Shown here: piece by piece, positions 37,155 through 48,880 of the stretch | Layout: each line of letters opens with the position of its first letter | Numbering within the stretch: position 1 is the stretch's first letter | Source: Octopus bimaculoides | Lineage: Eukaryota | Length of the DNA stretch: 58,165 nt | Assembly: GCF_001194135.2 (NCBI RefSeq) | Contig: NC_068989.1 | Coordinates: 96,735,244-96,793,408 of the forward strand | Reading direction: 5' to 3' | Notes under the pieces: model-generated | The model's database searches: none | The model's input: only the letters and a program-made list of their open reading frames with translations | Told to the model about the DNA's origin: nothing | Program-made: the position numbers and the translations under genes

Positions 37155-37157
<3 letters not shown>

Positions 37158-37345
37158 GGAGCTGCACCAAGTTTCAGTCTGATTTGGCATGGTTCCTACA
37201 GTTGGTGTTAAGAAGGGCATCCAGCTACAGAAACCCTGCCAAATCAGATTGAAATGTGGTGCAGCTCCCCAGCTTACCAGTTTTCAGTTAAACTGTCCAA
37301 CCCATGCCAGTATGGAATATGGACGTTAAAGGATGATGATATATA
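37155..37345 (+). mobile_element. RTE 3'-end-related repeat
   Basis: aagaagggcatccagctacagaaac...aacccatgccagtatggaatatggacgttaaaggatgatgat. Confidence 0.75.
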
Positions 37346-37364
37346 AATTATATAAATATCCATG

Positions 37365-37570
37365 TGTATGTCTGTGTTTTTGCTTGTTGCTCCCTCTGCT
37401 TGACAACTGGTGTCCATTTTTTTACATCCCTGTGACTTGGCAGTTCAATATAAGCAATTGATAGAATAAGTACCAGACTTAAAAATAAACACCAGTGTTG
37501 ATCTGTTTGACGTATCCCTTTAATATGCTGCTCCAGTATAGCCACAGTTACTGAAACAAGCAAAAAGCTA
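37365..37570 (+). mobile_element. SINE family A 3' half
   Basis: tgcttgacaactggtg...gatagaataagtaccag...gctgctccagtatagccacag. Confidence 0.7.
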
Positions 37571-37620
37571 GATTATATGACAAAACTTTCCCAGTTTTAG
37601 CTTATTGTTAGTTAGTGCAG

Positions 37621-37671
37621 CTAAATTTTGGAATGGAGTCACCGATTTCTTTGGATCTCTTAAGAACGTCA
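37621..37671 (+). CDS. Candidate 51-nt symmetric exon (AKFWNGVTDFFGSLKNV)
   Basis: GCAG acceptor, A|GTAATA donor, phase 1-1, open frame. Confidence 0.3.
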
Positions 37672-37797
37672 GTAATATATTTAGTAGTAGTCCTCAATAA
37701 TGGCAAATTCTAAAACATAATATTGCAATTTTCACTGCATTGTACTTTTGATACTCAATGGTCAGCCAGAGTTTAAAGCTTTTAAACCTTTTTGCAG

Positions 37798-37820
37798 CTC
37801 ACGTTCTTGGCCTGCAAAAA
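37798..37820 (+). CDS. Candidate small exon (THVLGLQK; frame stays open to ~37900)
   Basis: Strong acceptor cttttaaacctttttgcag, AAA|GTAATT donor; phase fits 37621-37671. Confidence 0.28.
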
Positions 37821-39188
37821 GTAATTATGTTCTTGCTTGCTCAGAATCTTAGTTCCAGAAGTAATTTCAAATCTAAGAGCTATCCAAAACTTATTTAAAT
37901 TCCTTTCAGTGCATTATTATGGCATTAATTTGGATCAAAATTTTAAAAGCAATTCACTTTTATTATAACATTGTTCTTTTAGCCAAGAATGTTACAGTTG
38001 TTGTGGAAGAGAAGAATGGGAAATACTTATTCAATGAGCTAAATTCTTTATACTAAAAATGAGACAGTCTCTTTGTTGAAGTTAAACTTATTGCTGAAAA
38101 TATTAGAAACCTAATTAAATTTTCCAACAAAATACAGAAGATGAAAAAACATTCTTTAATTAAGGTAGAGAAAGTGATAAATATACTAATTCTACCACTA
38201 AGGATAGGCTTAAGGTAGAAGTAGTGTTCACTGTATTTCACTCTGTGATTTGAAAGATTTTTAAAAGATTCAATACTGCCTCATATTTTAATGATATATT
38301 TAGATTCATTTGGAAATAATATCTGGAAAAAGAAAGAGATTAGATTATATAAAATATTGGAATTAACAACTATATGAGATAAGTATACAAAAGTCTATAT
38401 TCATCAAATAATGCTTCAGCTGAAATGAAGAACATTTGCTCATCAAGTGATATTTCAGTTGTGAAGGGAACATAGAATGATAATATTCCTCGTCCCTTAA
38501 AATAAAAATAATAAAGTATGGAGACAGTAAAAGAAGCTAAGTGTACAGCAATAGTATAACTTCAATCTCGAATGAAATATTATATTTATACAATTTAGAG
38601 CAACAATAATGTCTCAGATTGAGTCTTTCACTTGGTTTCATAATTGTTTTTAAGTAATGATGTTCATGAATACAAGTTGTGGACTTTGTGGTTCTGAGCG
38701 AAATAATCCTGAACTGTTTACCCATCACTCACAACAAGAAGAGCACTTGTATTTGCCATGTTAGATGAATTCTAAAGAAAACTGACTCACAATATTTAAG
38801 ATATTGATATACTGATAGACATAAAAGATGAAATATTCCATTAAATCACAACTTGGACACTGTGCGATATCTTGGGAAAGTGCCATCTATAGCCCTGGGT
38901 CAGCCAAAGCTTTGTGACTGATTTTAGTAAACAGAGACTAAAAGTATCCCATCATATATATATATATCTGTCTGTCTTTCAGTTTTATTTCAAGACTTCT
39001 TAGTTAATAGAGAAAGAGTCGGTTTGTAACCTAGATCCAAGGCTCCTTCATTGGAATTTCAACATCAACAACAGGGTATTTTTGCATGTATGTGTGTATA
39101 TGTACTGTATTTGGAGTCTGTGCATGTGCAGAATTATCTGTTTTGTTTTATGTATGTATACTCATCCATATAGTTACATGTCTAGACA

Positions 39189-39192
<4 letters not shown>

Positions 39193-39272
<80 letters not shown>
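39193..39272. repeat. (TA)n microsatellite
   Basis: Direct inspection. Confidence 0.98.
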
Positions 39273-39273
<1 letters not shown>

Positions 39274-40530
39274 TTTCTGGTTTTGAGAGGCCTAATTTCT
39301 CAAGATTGGTACTTAGGCAGTGTGTTACATATCCCAGTGCCACAATAATTACAGGTATAAACCTGGACTTGTAATTTGGGTTGAGTAGCTGTATATTTCT
39401 CAATAGTTCAACATAGATATTTTCATTTTTGATGATCTCTTAGCTCTTTGTTAACATCTGCTGGTCAGCTGATATTCACTACTCTACATAGTTTCTCTTC
39501 TTTGTCCCAAATCACTATGTCAGGTCTATTATGTTTACATTTTACTGAGATTTTCTCTGGGACATTCCACCAGAACCCCTTTTTATTATGGATTCTACCA
39601 TACTGTAGGTTCTTATTTCTTTGGCCTCAGGGTTATCCTTCAGACAGATTTCATTATAGAGTGTCCTAGCTACAACACCATGCCTCATCAGTAGATAATA
39701 CTGTGATGACATTTCCAGACAACTGCTTATGATGTGGGTGATAGCCACAAATTCTTCATCACTTAACACATTTTGGTGTTTTCTCTGCATCTTTGTCTCG
39801 TTTGTGCATCAGATATTTGGTTGATATTTCCTGTTCCTGGATTGTAAACCCTTCAAAGTGAGAGTTAGTAATCCAGTTGTTGGTCCATGATAAACTGCTT
39901 TAATTATCAATGTTACTATCATTCCGGAGCTTTTCACTAACATACCCATGCATGATCTTCTGCTGATATACACTTATCTTTTCATCTGATGATATGCTGT
40001 GGTACAGTTGTGCAACTCCTTTGGGCATGTATTCAAAGTTATCAGACAAGGAATGCTGCTCAAAGAGGTGCTTTCCAAGAATCATGATGTTATCTGCCTT
40101 GTGTATACACACTTGGTCAAGGGATGCACTTTGACACTTTGTGGTTAAAAGGTGTTGCCAAAATGGAATGATATGACATTGAAAGCAGTCTGGATCATTG
40201 TTAAGCCCCTGCCCCACTGTTTTCATTTTAGGTAGAGGCTATCTACATTACTGTTTGCACATCAATGGCTCAGTTCTTATCAAGCATCTAGTCAAGTAGA
40301 CCAAATCTTACTATGAGTACTGGTACTGCAAACACATGGTGGGCCACTGCTTTATTGAAGGTAGAGAGTTCCAAGGTCCGTATATTCTTTATCTGGCTGG
40401 AATATTCTTTAGTGACACATGTCTTGTTACTGGTATCATTGTAAGATATGTCATCATCTACCCTTAGGTACCTGTAACATTCTCATCGGATATTGGAGTG
40501 TTGATTCTGCCCGACTAGACACATTCTTCA
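39273..40530 (-). mobile_element. R4-like RLE non-LTR retrotransposon of a different family (copy 3), disrupted
   Basis: NKAVAHHVFAVPVL, THIISSC...YYLLMRHGVVARTLYNEI, WNVPEKISVKCKHNRPDIVIWDKEEKLC, FIPVIIVALGYV; runs into (TA)n. Confidence 0.85.
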
Positions 40531-40908
40531 TCTATCCAATCAGCAACACTTAAAAAAAGGCCATGACTTGGGTATCACCTAATTAGCAGGCTTAAAAGAG
40601 GCAAAACAAAAATCATTTGACGATGGATATTTCAAGATGATGTGAAAATACTCAACATTATGTGGAACGGAAAGAGTAACAACCTACTAAGCTTGATGGA
40701 GGAAGCTTGCTGCCCAGAACACTGAGTAGCAACACAATGACCAAAAGCTAACATGTACATAAAGGAATAAAACATTTTTAGTAATCTACAGATTAGTTTA
40801 TTGGTAATAATAAGAGATAAAATGTTCAGTCAAGGAAATTAAATAGAATAAGATAAAGTAGAATTTTTTCATTCAAGAATTTTTCATCTAGTGCTTGAGA
40901 ATGCTTAT

Positions 40909-41128
40909 CCCTTTAGCATTCAAACTGGCCATAACCAGCCAAAAAACTCTTCCTGTCTTATATTCAAACTGGCCAAATCTGACCCCTCACACCAATCCTA
41001 TAATATCATAGTAAATATTAATAGTTACCTCATCAAAATCCCAAAGCTACAAGATAATGCATGATTAATTTGAAACAATGTTAATTAATAAACATTACTT
41101 TTGGCAGAATAATTTGAACGCTAAAGGG
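40909..41128. mobile_element. piggyBac-like MITE, 220 bp
   Basis: TIRs CCCTTTAGCATTCAAA / TTTGAACGCTAAAGGG (15/16); both flanks read TTAT. Confidence 0.7.
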
Positions 41129-42059
41129 TTATACCACCACAATTCTTAAATGTAACAAAATATTCTGTTTTATTAAATTTTTATTTTGTTTTATTTCATT
41201 TCCTTGGAAAATCTGAAGACTTTCTGAAACTGTATATAAATAAACTAAGGACCAATCCCTTCATTTCTTCTAACAGCAATACTGTTCACTAATTGTGACG
41301 AAAGACAAATAAAATAACGCCATTTACTTGAAATTAACACAGAAATGGTTGGCAGAAGAAATTTACTTAATCTGAATGGGAAAAATCAAAGAAAACATTC
41401 CAACTTGTGACTATGGGGCAGAAAAGTATAGATGATTTCAAATGGGTCTCTGTGATGATGATAGTAATGGCAGGAGGAGGAGGATAGACAAAACAATAAA
41501 GATGCAATTAACGATACAAACATGAGAAATCATTAGCAGTAAAATGTATTTGGCACCTTCCACCATTAAACAACCCAATCCCAATACTATTAATATTTAT
41601 CATTTTTATGGTTTTTCCAGTGTAAGAACTTGAATAATTACTTCTGTTTGGAGACAGTAAAACACATTGCTCACCGAGAGAATTCTTCACATCTCTCTCC
41701 ACTTAATAGCTTTGCTCTAAATTATACCACTTTGTTGCAAATACAAATATTCTTCAAACACTGCTGTTTTACTCAGACTCACCCATATCACAGATGCTTT
41801 CCAAAATGTCATCTCACTCAAACTTTGCTAGAGTACACATATAGCACATAACATCAGATGAGAAATCACTGAAAAATTCAAACCTTACATAAATGCTACC
41901 AGAAGATGCAAACTCTGTACTGCAGAAAATAGCATAAATAGTTCTAAGGAACTTATGTAACTCAGTTTTGGACCAAAAGACAAACACTGAGATTTTAAGT
42001 TCTTGCATAGAAGGGGAAAATTCATCCTTGTAGAGTTTTATTTGTTTAATTTTTTACCT

Positions 42060-42410
42060 TTTCTTTTACTTCTTTCAGGCATTGTGGACTGCAACCATGA
42101 TGGAACATCATCTTGGTGAGGATTTTTGTCAAGCAGATAGGCCCCTAGTACTTTTTTTAAAAAGTTTAGTACTTATTTTGTCACTCTTTTTTGTTGAACT
42201 GTTAAGTTACAGGAATATAAGAAAATTGTCAGTGGTTCTTCAGTGGTGGGGCAGACAAGCCCAGAGACACACACACATATCTAATTTCCATCTTCCAAAT
42301 TCATTTACAAAGCATTGTTTAGCCCAAGATATTGTACAGTGGGATTGAACCTGGAACTACATGCTTGGAAAGATGAACTTTTTAACCACACTGCTATATC
42401 TATGCCTGTG
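42060..42410 (-). mobile_element. SINE family A, diverged
   Basis: Both halves recognisable (ggactgcaaccatgatgga...; gtgggattgaacctggaac...aaccacac). Confidence 0.7.
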
Positions 42411-42566
42411 ATCCTTAATTATACACTTTATATGTTGGTGACCAGTGAAGGTATGTGGCCTAGTAAAAGGGTGTTGGTCTCATGGTCATACAACTGTCAG
42501 TTCAGTTTCTGTGTCAGCTGACACATTATATCTTTGAGCCATCAAGGTACTTCATTTCACAATGCA

Positions 42567-42569
<3 letters not shown>

Positions 42570-42645
<76 letters not shown>

Positions 42646-42680
42646 TCCTCTCTCCCTTTCTCTCTCCCTTTCTCTTTCTC
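42570..42680. repeat. (CT)n microsatellite
   Basis: Direct inspection. Confidence 0.97.
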
Positions 42681-43018
42681 TCTCCAGCTGTTGCATTCTG
42701 GATGTTCCACTGAGCCAAGAGTGTCTATGTCTGTCTACAACTCCACAAATACCTAAAATAATTAATGAAAATCTGATATGTGTAACCAAGTTCTCCACAC
42801 TTCCAAATGGCAGCCATAGTTTTAGATCTTTATACTAAATTCCCAATTAACTATGTTATTGTCTTTGGTTTATTTATTTATTTTGTACCATACGTTTATT
42901 AAACAACAGCAATGCTGGTTACAGGTTCCCAGTGAACTAATCACTGGCTTACTGCATCTTGTATAATGAGAATGACAACGAATGCAGTTCATGCAAAAGA
43001 AATACTTCACACACACTA

Positions 43019-44314
43019 CAAGGTGGTATCATAAAGCTCTTGGACTGGTCCTGTGGCACACCAATAGATGGCAACACATAGCTGTGTGTGCAGTGAGAGC
43101 TAGCAGTGACCTTCATGAGGCAGGGGTCGAGTGACATTGCTGTTTACTTCACAAGTTGTGAAACTTGTGTTTTTGTGATTACATGTATGTTGTAGTCTGA
43201 ATTTTGTCATGGACAGCAAGTAGGGACAAAGAGCCAAAGTGAAGTTTTGTGTTCAACTTAGGAAGTCTGCTACAGAGACATTGAGCATGTTTTGGCAAGA
43301 TTACAGAGATGAGGCAATGGGTTGTATGCAATGTTTCAAGTGGCACAGGTGCTTCAAAAGCAGAAGAACATCCTTGGAAGATGATGAGCAATATGGAAGG
43401 CCTACCATGAATGTCACCCCTGGAAATGTGGAGAAAATTCATCAGCCTGTGCCTGAGGATTGTCGGAGGAAAATCAATGACATTGCTGATGCTCTTGGCC
43501 TGTCGTATGGAGCCATGCAGGTAATCCAAATGCCTGAATTGAACATGTAACATGTTTCTGCCAAGTTTGTCCCCTGCCTGCTGACCACTAAGCAGTGTCG
43601 TGATCTGTCAAGATCTCCGTCAGCATGCTGCTGGTGACCCATTCTTCATGTTGAGGATCATCACTGCTGACAAGAGTTCGGTCTACAGGTATGACCCTGA
43701 GATGAAGCAGCGGTCGTCATAATGGAAGAGGCCCTTCATCTTCACAACCGTATCTTCAATCAAGCGGATGCTTATCGTTTTTTTCTACATTCATAGTCTT
43801 GGTCATTGAGAATTCGTTGCCCAGGGCCAAACTGTCCATCGAGAGTTCTACTTTGATGTTTTGAAGCATTTGAGGGGGAGGACATTCAGCAAAAGGGACT
43901 AAATCTGTGAAGTAGAAAAAGTTGGATTCTTCACAATGACAAATGCACCTGTTGCCAAGCTTTCCTCCTCACTCCTGAGTTTCTCACCAAAGGCAACATG
44001 GTGTCACTTACGCACCTGTTCCCCTATTCACCAGATTTAGCACCTGTGGACTTCCATCACTTCCCAAAGATGAAAATGCAGCTCAAAGGTTGCTGTTTTA
44101 ACACTATTGCTGAAATCCAGAGCTAATCACAGGTCCTCGATTCACTTACGGAAAACAACTTCCAGGCCGGATTCCAAAAGCAGCAGGACACTGTGACCAG
44201 TGGGTAGTTACTCAAAAGGTTGACTATTTCCAAGCAGATGTTGTCATAAATTTAGTAAATAAGTTATTTTTTTATTAAACATGACCAGTCCAGGAACCTT
44301 TTGATACCATTTCA
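43019..44314 (+). mobile_element. Full-length (1296 bp) mariner-type DNA transposon with pseudogenised transposase
   Basis: TA flanks (43017-18, 44315-16), 32-bp TIRs 24/32 identical; SAKFVPCLL, IITADKSSVYRYDP, ILHND, YSPDLAPVDF; multiple stops. Confidence 0.92.
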
Positions 44315-46613
44315 TATTTATGATTAAATGTCCCAATTTTTGGTCACCTTGCTGATGATACATGTCTGCATATATACTTCAGGGAAAGAGAAAGAGAGAG
44401 AGAGAGAGACACACACACACACACGCACACACACAGAAACACACAAAGTTCTTTCTTGGAGCTATATTTATTACAACATATTTGCTGCTAATGCTGGATT
44501 TATGTACAATTCAAAAAATCAGCAAGAAGCCATTGAGTGGAACTGAAAGTAGATTTTCAGATATGGCCAGATATTCTTTGTCTCCAGCCCTTGTCTATTT
44601 CCAAACAAGGTAATCTTTTCCCATGGTCAGACATGTTTTTGCAGAATATTGGAAATGAATGTCACTGCTTATGTGACAGTGACATTCGTTTACAACTATC
44701 AGGTAACATCAAGGTGAAGACAAACACACACACACACAAACTTCTCAGTTTTCATTTCCCAAATTCCACTCCCAAGACACTGGTCAACCCAAGGTTATGT
44801 TAAGAGACACTTGCCCAGTGCACTGGACCATGATACAGGTGAAAATTCAGAACTTGTAAACCCCAAGGCTATACCTGTGTTCCTTTCCCTAAGCCATGTA
44901 TTGAACATACAGAAAAATAAACCAAGACATTAATGTTCAAATCAGCTGAATCTGTTCCTTTTTGTAGATTTTGAAACAATAATAATACTAAACACTTCTC
45001 TTGACCAGCATTTTTGAAAAGAAAATGTTCTCTACTGTTACGCCTTTGCTTCATTCACCACTATCTTCACCAGACTATTATGGCTGTCTTTCTTCAATCA
45101 TTATTCACAGCACCATCATCACCACCAACAACAACAACAACAATAAAATAGTCACTAGTGTAACATCAGTTTGTTTAATTACTGCTCCATAAACACTTGG
45201 AAACCCCTACAAGCAGTGTCCTTGACAGGCTTCCCATTGAGTTACATTTAATTCACTTCGGTTTTCTCTTTCAAAGGAACATTAATATTTCCTTTGCCAG
45301 TCTTTGCTGCCAGACCGTTTGAAACATCCACTCCCCACCAGGTTACCAGCAGAAGCCCATTTATTTGTGTTCTTTCATTGAAAATCTATCTCTCTTTAGA
45401 TAATCCTTATCGTATGTAGATCATTCTCATATAAAAGGTTTTTATATGTTTTGCTTTTTATTATTATTTTTAATAGTAATAATAATGAATCAGTTATGTG
45501 TTTCTATCAAAGGACGAAGATAGAAGTAGGTTAGAGAAAGAAATGATGAAAAATAAGATGATTTGATAATAAAAATGTTTGATTGGAAGTTTTAAGATTT
45601 CTTTTAGCTGCTAGCATCTTTCTACTGTACTACAATAACAATAAATGTATTGAGGCCCATTTTTCTACCAAAATTGCCTTGCAAGGACCCCATGACAGGC
45701 TTCTAATGTTACTTATGATCACTTTTTGAGCCAGTGGTTTACAATTAGATGCACATCATGTTTTCATCCCTTTTAGTCACCTTTTTACATTATGCAAGTA
45801 AGTTTACCATTCTAAACCTGTTCTAAAACCAATGCACCACCTCCCTCTACGTCATTAGCAGCAACTCTACTAATCTCTGTATTCTACTGTAAATTCAACT
45901 TTGATAGCAAACAAGTATCTAACTCCAGCTTTGTTTTCTACTAACAGCTTCCCACTGTACTATTCTGTAAATGTTACTTCTGGTTAGTAATTAAATGGCT
46001 ATCCCTATCATTTTCTATCAGCTAGATTCATTGTAAATAAATAGCTAGTTAATGCTATACTTTGCTAGTCTCTCTGTAAGTAAATTCTACCATTTATTAG
46101 CAATAAAAGGGTTAACACTATACTTAGCCATCTGCTGGCAGATCTGAATTGCACTGTATTGTGAATTCTAAGCAAAGGTAATAACTCCCCATGGTCAGAC
46201 ATGTTTCCACAGAATATTGGAAACAAAGTACGTTGCTGATTGTGATGTTCACTTACAACTCGATGTCAAGGCAAGGAGACTTACAGTTTCCATCTCGTGA
46301 ATCCGCTCACAAGGCTTTGATCAGCCCAAGGTGCCAGGCAGTGGAACTAAATCTAGAACCATTTGGATGGCAAGCAAACTTCTTACAATGCAGCCACACC
46401 TGTGAGTGTGTGTGTGTGTGTGTTTTAATGTTTTGTTTAGGCATTGCAAGACCAATCTAGAACTTGGTGTGCATATGGTACAGAATGAAGTGTTGGCTGA
46501 GTATAGAGTGGTAATAAGAAAGAGAGCCTACAAAATAATAAGTAATTATTTTATGAACTTCATTTGCTTACAGCTGTTTCTGTTGTAAGATGCAGTGGAC
46601 TCATAGTTGAGTG

Positions 46614-46672
<59 letters not shown>

Positions 46673-46749
46673 TATATATATAATGAAATGTTAGTGCCAA
46701 GTAGTGTTTAGGCATAAGCAAAATTAAGGTAAGTTAAAATATATGTATA

Positions 46750-46892
46750 TCATCATCATCGTTTAACATCCGCTTTCCATGCTAGCATGGGTTGGACGAT
46801 TTGACTGAGGACTGGTGAAACCAGATGGCTACACCAGGCTCCAATCTGATTTGGCAGAGTTTCTACAGCTGAATGCCCTTCCTAACGCCAAC
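46750..46892 (-). mobile_element. RTE 3'-end-related repeat
   Basis: catcatcatcgtttaacatccgctttccatgctagcatgggttggacg...gcccttcctaacgccaac; near reverse complement of 56305-56465. Confidence 0.85.
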
Positions 46893-47109
46893 TACTATAT
46901 ATATATGTGTGTGTGTGTGTGTGTATACACACACACACACACACATACACACATGCACAGAGTAATAACCTTAATAATCCTTGGATGGAATTTAGGAATG
47001 TCTTAATGCATCAATATATGCGTTTCCACAAATCACATGTCTCTTAAGATCACAGTCCATATTCTTGGGATGATCGCAGTGTAGTCTTTAGTATCCATCG
47101 GTATCAGGT

Positions 47110-47390
47110 AGATCCTCTTCATGGATTCCTTTCTTCAGGTGATATAACATTAATGGATGTTTATCACTTTTGACCAGTGTGAAGGTTGGTTGAGTTATCA
47201 AAACAGATAAACAGACTTCACTTAAACATAAGTATCCGGACTGTTGCAATAGTAATGCAGCTAAAGCACGCAGAGTGAAGCCACTTGGCAAAAATTGACC
47301 TTGAACTCTGTTGTGTATGCGCACTAAGTTTTAACATTCTAGCATACTTCCACTGTTTACTGCAATGCTTGGAAGGAAGGTGTGTAGCAC
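47110..47390 (-). mobile_element. Decayed L2/CR1-like fragment
   Basis: Homologous to 31690-31865. Confidence 0.5.
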
Positions 47391-47416
47391 ATGCTACACA
47401 CCTTCCTTCCAAGCAT
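47365..47416. repeat. Perfect 25-bp palindrome with 2-nt spacer
   Basis: atgcttggaaggaaggtgtgtagca-ca-tgctacacaccttccttccaagcat. Confidence 0.97.
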
Positions 47417-47641
47417 AACAACTACAACCACCAAGGGACAAAACAACATAAGAAGCCTCCACATGATGACTTGATAACCATGAAATAGCAGCCAATTCTT
47501 TCTCAATGACAACCTAATGTCCTTTTTTTAAGGATACATTGGATAATGTAGTCCAAGATAATAAACTGTACCTGTGAAAAGATGATCCCACTGGAGTGCC
47601 ATAGGTCTGCTCAGCAAGGGAATGCCTGTAGCGATACAACA
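47414..47641 (+). repeat. 228-bp direct duplicate of 51097-51324 (1 mismatch)
   Basis: Base-by-base match at offset 3683; the single difference is ttctttctc vs ttcttcctc. Confidence 0.95.
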
Positions 47642-47833
47642 TCGCATTGACCATGACCAAGTTGTCATGGCAATATCTGTGCAAAGTTGTATGGAGAAGA
47701 GTATAGGAGCCACATACCTGATATTAGTGGATACTAAAGACTACACTGCAATCATCCCAGGAATACGGACTGTGAGCTTAAGAAACGGGATTTGTGGAAT
47801 CCATGTATTGATGCATTAAGACATTCCTAAATT

Positions 47834-48710
47834 CCATCCAAGGATTATTATGGTTATAACTATATTTATCTTACGTTGTATCAGTACAGCTTGATGCAAC
47901 TCTGAAAAACTGGTTCACCAGTCAGCATCTTTAGACTGTGACTGGCATAATGGAATAAGAGTTTTATTTGCATATTCAAAATATTTCCCGTAAACAAACT
48001 TAAAAGATATCTCTATATATATATATATCTCTATCTCTATCTATATATATATATCTGTATCATGATCATCATCGTCATCAACATCCATCTTCCNNNNNNN
48101 NNNNNNNNNNNNNNNNNNNNNNNNNNNNNNNNNNNNNNNNNNNNNNNNNNNNNNNNNNNNNNNNNNNNNNNNNNNNNNNNNNNNNNNNNNNNNNNNNNNN
48201 NNNNNNNNNNNNNNNNNNNNNNNNNNNNNNNNNNNNNNNNNNNNNNNNNNNNNNNNNNNNNNNNNNNNNNNNNNNNNNNNNNNNNNNNNNNNNNNNNNNN
48301 NNNNNNNNNNNNNNNNNNNNNNNNNNNNNNNNNNNNNNNNNNNNNNNNNNNNNNNNNNNNNNNNNNNNNNNNNNNNNNNNNNNNNNNNNNNNNNNNNNNN
48401 NNNNNNNNNNNNNNNNNNNNNNNNNNNNNNNNNNNNNNNNNNNNNNNNNNCCATCCAAGGATTATTATGGTTATAACTATATTTATCTTACGTTGTATCA
48501 GTACAGCTTGATGCAACTCTGAAAAACTGGTTCACCAGTCAGCATCTTTAGACTGTGACTGGCATAATGGAATAAGAGTTTTATTTGCATATTCAAAATA
48601 TTTCCCGTAAACAAACTTAAAAGATATCTCTATATATATATATATCTCTATCTCTATCTATATATATATATCTGTATCATGATCATCATCGTCATCAACA
48701 TCCATCTTCC
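47834..48710 (+). other. 260-bp exact duplication (47834-48093 = 48451-48710) straddling gap 48094-48450
   Basis: Identical sequence ends one contig and starts the next: typical overlap artefact. Confidence 0.9.
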
Positions 48711-48880
48711 ATGCTGACAGGGGTTGGATGGTTTGACAGGAGCTGGCAAGGCTGGAGAGCTGCGCCAGGCTCAATTGTCTGCTTTGTCATGGTTTCTGTG
48801 GCTGGATTCCCTTCCTAAAGCCAACCGCTTTATAGAGTGCGTACTGGGTGCTTTTTATGTGAAAGCAACACCAGTGGAGG
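48695..48880 (-). mobile_element. RTE 3'-end-related repeat
   Basis: catcaacatccatcttccatgctgacaggggttggatgg...cccttcctaaagccaacc. Confidence 0.75.

Larger units (their letters stand above)
46958..47862. repeat. Inverted repeat: arms ~46958-47110 and ~47716-47862
   Basis: ggatactaaagactacactgc.atcatccca.gaata.ggactgtga.cttaaga...ttgatgcattaagacattcctaaattccatccaaggattatta is present on both strands. Confidence 0.9.

Noticed and set aside
41780-41917. Minus-strand exon-like pieces (TEFASSGSIY; QSLSEMTFWKASVIW) with good splice motifs
   Set aside because: Only ~60-nt intron, no recognisable product; such motifs are frequent by chance in AT-rich DNA.
47834-48710. 260-bp exact tandem duplication
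   Set aside because: Copies directly flank a gap; typical unmerged contig overlap, not biology.
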